A stretch of DNA of 64,000 nucleotides from Epiperipatus broadwayi. Its lineage: Eukaryota; Animalia; Onychophora. The notes below the pieces were generated by a model that did no database searches, was not told the origin of the DNA, and worked only from the letters and a program-made list of their open reading frames with translations. Every line of letters begins with the position of its first letter. Positions within the stretch are counted from its first letter, which is position 1. The stretch covers positions 18,476,001-18,540,000 of the forward strand of contig JAQFVV010000006.1 in assembly GCA_028023455.1 (NCBI GenBank). The letters run 5' to 3'. Shown one piece after another: positions 61,150 through 64,000 of the stretch. A program made the position numbers and the translations under genes.

Positions 61150-64000
61150 AGCAGAGTGGCACAGTTGACATTTAGGATATAATGAAAATAGGAATTTGAA
61201 AATGGCAGCATTAAATTTTACAATTCAAGAGTTGGATGTAAATAACTCCGACTCCTGGAAAATTATGTATCGCATGCTGAATATTGAACCATCTTAAAAG
61301 TTTTACTTTTCTATATTTGGCAAGACGGATGTGACACATTTGGTTAATAGTCTTGCTGATCCAAAGCATCTAGAGGATATTTCATATGGAAAAATTAAAC
61401 AAAAATTGAGTGCTTATTTTGCCCTGAAATTTTCAAAAATGGGTAGGGCAGCTTAGATTACAAAGCAGGAAGCAGTTGACACAGGAGAAATATAGTTGAT
61501 TATGATTTAGCTTTGCATAGAATGACTAAAGACTGTGATTTTGACCCATAAGTTCTCACTGGTGATACAGTTTTTATATATTTCTAATGATAATTTCAGA
61601 AAAAGTGTTAGTGATCCAGAGTTCACTTCTTAAGTGGCCATGGAGAAGTGTGTAGCTCAGGAGACTGTGTTAAATAATACTTCAGAATTTACAGTGTCTC
61701 AGCCTTTGGAAAGGATTTTGTTTACATAAATAAAGCTAAAGGAGATGTTCGAGTTTCCAAACTATGTAACAAAACATACAAATATGTTATTGTTATGGGA
61801 AAGCTGGACATTTAAAACTAGAGGTCGCTTGGCTATTATTTGTGCTTTAAAGATAATGAGTTACCTAAGAAAGCCAGATTACAAATTTGAGGGAGAAGTG
61901 GAACACAAGAAATTAGAAATAAAAGTGTAAATAACAAAACCATGGATCATATACTTCTAGAAGTATGAGTTTGTGATAAATATATAACAATGGAAGTTGA
62001 CAGTGGAATAGGTCTATCCATAATGTCTTGTAAAGATTGGAGTTAAATTACTGAAAATTTGTAAAAAGAAATTAGTATTAGAAATGTCAAATGACAAATA
62101 TAAACAGAAATAAAGTTGATATTCATGGTAAGGTAATAGTACCAGTAAAGTTGAACTGTAGACAGAGGTTCTTGACATTTCTTGTGGTAAATAAAGATAT
62201 GAGTCTGTTACTGGGTAGGAATTGGTTTGAACCTTTAGGTATAAGTGTGAATATAGTAAAGATAGTGCATATGGGAAACCTTATGAAAAGTAGATACCCC
62301 AAACTGTTTAAACCAGGATTAGTAGAGTTAAGAATGAGGCCAGTGAATGCAGAATTAATAAAAAAATGTGCAACCAATTATTTGCAAACCTCGGAAAGTG
62401 CCATTTGCTTTAAGAGATAAAATGGAGAAAACTTTAAATGAGCTAGTTGCTAAAGGGTCTTATTGCCCATGAAAGGTTTGTTATGGGGCTATGCCAATAA
62501 TTACAGTAATTAAGCTAGATGGAACTCTGTGTATTTGTCATGATTATAGGATTACTATTACTAAATTTATAAAGACAGCATCATACCCAGTGCCTAGTCG
62601 TTGCAAAGTACTAGCGATGATAGAAAAGGCTAAATATTTGGCAAAAATAGACCTGAAAGCAGCTTTTCACCTGTAACAGAAAATACAGCAGAGTTAGTTT
62701 ACATTGACTACACATAAAGGATTATTTAAGTGTAGTAAATTGCCTCACGGTATTTCTATTACCCCTAACGTGTTCCAAGCAAAAACGGATGTGTTGTTTA
62801 GAGCCATGGATGGAGTAATTCTGTATCTGGATGACATTTTGATTATGGGTGCAATGGAATCTGAATTAGAAAAATGGATAGATTTAATAAAATTAATGAA
62901 GTTAAAAGCAAACATAAATGTTAGTAAATGGATTTAGTCTGCAAAAGATAGACATGAGATAAATGCTCTAGATCATTTTCCAGACTCAAATTAAATCAAG
63001 GCTATTAAGAATGCAGATAAGTCTAAGAATATGAAAGAATTGCTTTGTGATTTAAAAGATCTATGAGAGTTTTCTAAAAGAAAAATCATATTCTTTATCC
63101 CCACTTTATCAACTTTTGTAAAATGAACATCATTTGGACCTAGAACTGTGAGCATGAAAAGACTTTTAACATTGTGAGATACGTTAGCTTTAAAAAATTT
63201 AATGATCAATTATCATAGCGATTGGGATATTATTATAATGACTGATGTATCCGGATATGATGTAGGAGCTATAAATTTCTCACCCTTGCTTCCAAGGCCA
63301 ACTGTTGATTACTTATGTTTTGAGAGTTCTTACATCGACTGGAAAAAATTACAGCCAAATTGACAAGGAAGTGTTGACGGGCATATTTGCAATCATGAAA
63401 TTCTATCAATATGTTTATGGCTGGAAATTCCAGATTTTTATAGACCTTCACCTCTGGGAATTTTCAGTTCTGAGAAAAAAATATCTGATCAGGTAAGTCA
63501 GCAAAGGTTACACTGGATAAGAATATTGTAGTATTACAATTATCGGTTTTTTAAATCTGGAAGAGAAATTAGGCATATAGATGCTCTTGCACGTTCCTAT
63601 GTTTGGTTACCAAACTTGGCAAAGTATGTTGAGAATTTAAGACCTCTTTAGATTAACTTATTACCCAAAAAAATTGGAACAATGGATAAGACTTGTGACT
63701 CCATCGGCCTGTGTTCATTTAGACCATGTTGGTCCAGTAGATGGACATCGAAAACTTATATTGGTAGATGCCTACTCAAGTTGGGCTGAATATAAGTTGA
63801 TCGATGATTCTAGTACCAAATGCATTATAACTGTGATAAAAGAATGCTTTGCCACCCATGATTTCCCAGAGTTAATTGAGACTGAGAATGGGACCAGCTT
63901 CATGTCTCAGATATTTAAGAATTTCCTGCATGATAGAGGGATTAAGCATATCCTTACTTCCAACCACCATCCTGAGAACAATGGAGTTGCAGAAAAAGCT
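61150..64000 (+). mobile_element. Ty3/Gypsy LTR retrotransposon relic (gag-PR-RT-RH-IN), truncated by the window edge
   Basis: PBS-like tggcacagttg about 61157. PR: ITMEVDSG. RT: WAMPIITVIK.DG.L.IC.DYR, KIDLKAAF, LYLDDILI. RH: MTDVSGYDVGA, YSQIDKEVL. IN: HLDHVGP...LVDAYSSW, ETENGTSF, HHPENNGVAEK. Confidence 0.93.

Overview
Very AT-rich (roughly a quarter GC by eye), CpG-depleted genomic DNA from an animal, probably an invertebrate; the species cannot be identified. The window lies inside one large + strand gene. Seven coding exons encode the middle of a myosin-XVIII (MYO18A-like) motor domain: 6352-6635, 8657-8776, 8854-9046, 15548-15637, 33472-33622, 45121-45280 and 57602-57779. They splice in frame with GT-AG introns of 77 bp to about 18 kb. 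The introns are packed with transposon relics: Penelope-like elements (PLEs; RT and GIY-YIG), an L1/Tx1-like LINE, RTE and Ingi/Vingi-like relics, hAT-Charlie relics and MITEs, a Gypsy LTR element, and mini/satellites. The main discovery is a cluster of hammerhead ribozyme (HHR) motifs. Two non-coding retrozyme-like families (about 472-nt and 445-nt monomers) are inserted with 12-15 bp target-site duplications (TSDs) and PLE-style inverted/tandem architecture. Several PLE 3' ends also carry HHRs, including non-canonical cores (U3-A8, U.U at 10.1-11.1, A.A flanking stem II). Secondary observations are candidate recursive-splicing sites, an L1-like element with altered catalytic motifs, and a probable long-read artefact at a hairpin. 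All alignments and folds were done by eye; most ORFs in the supplied track are spurious or TE fragments.
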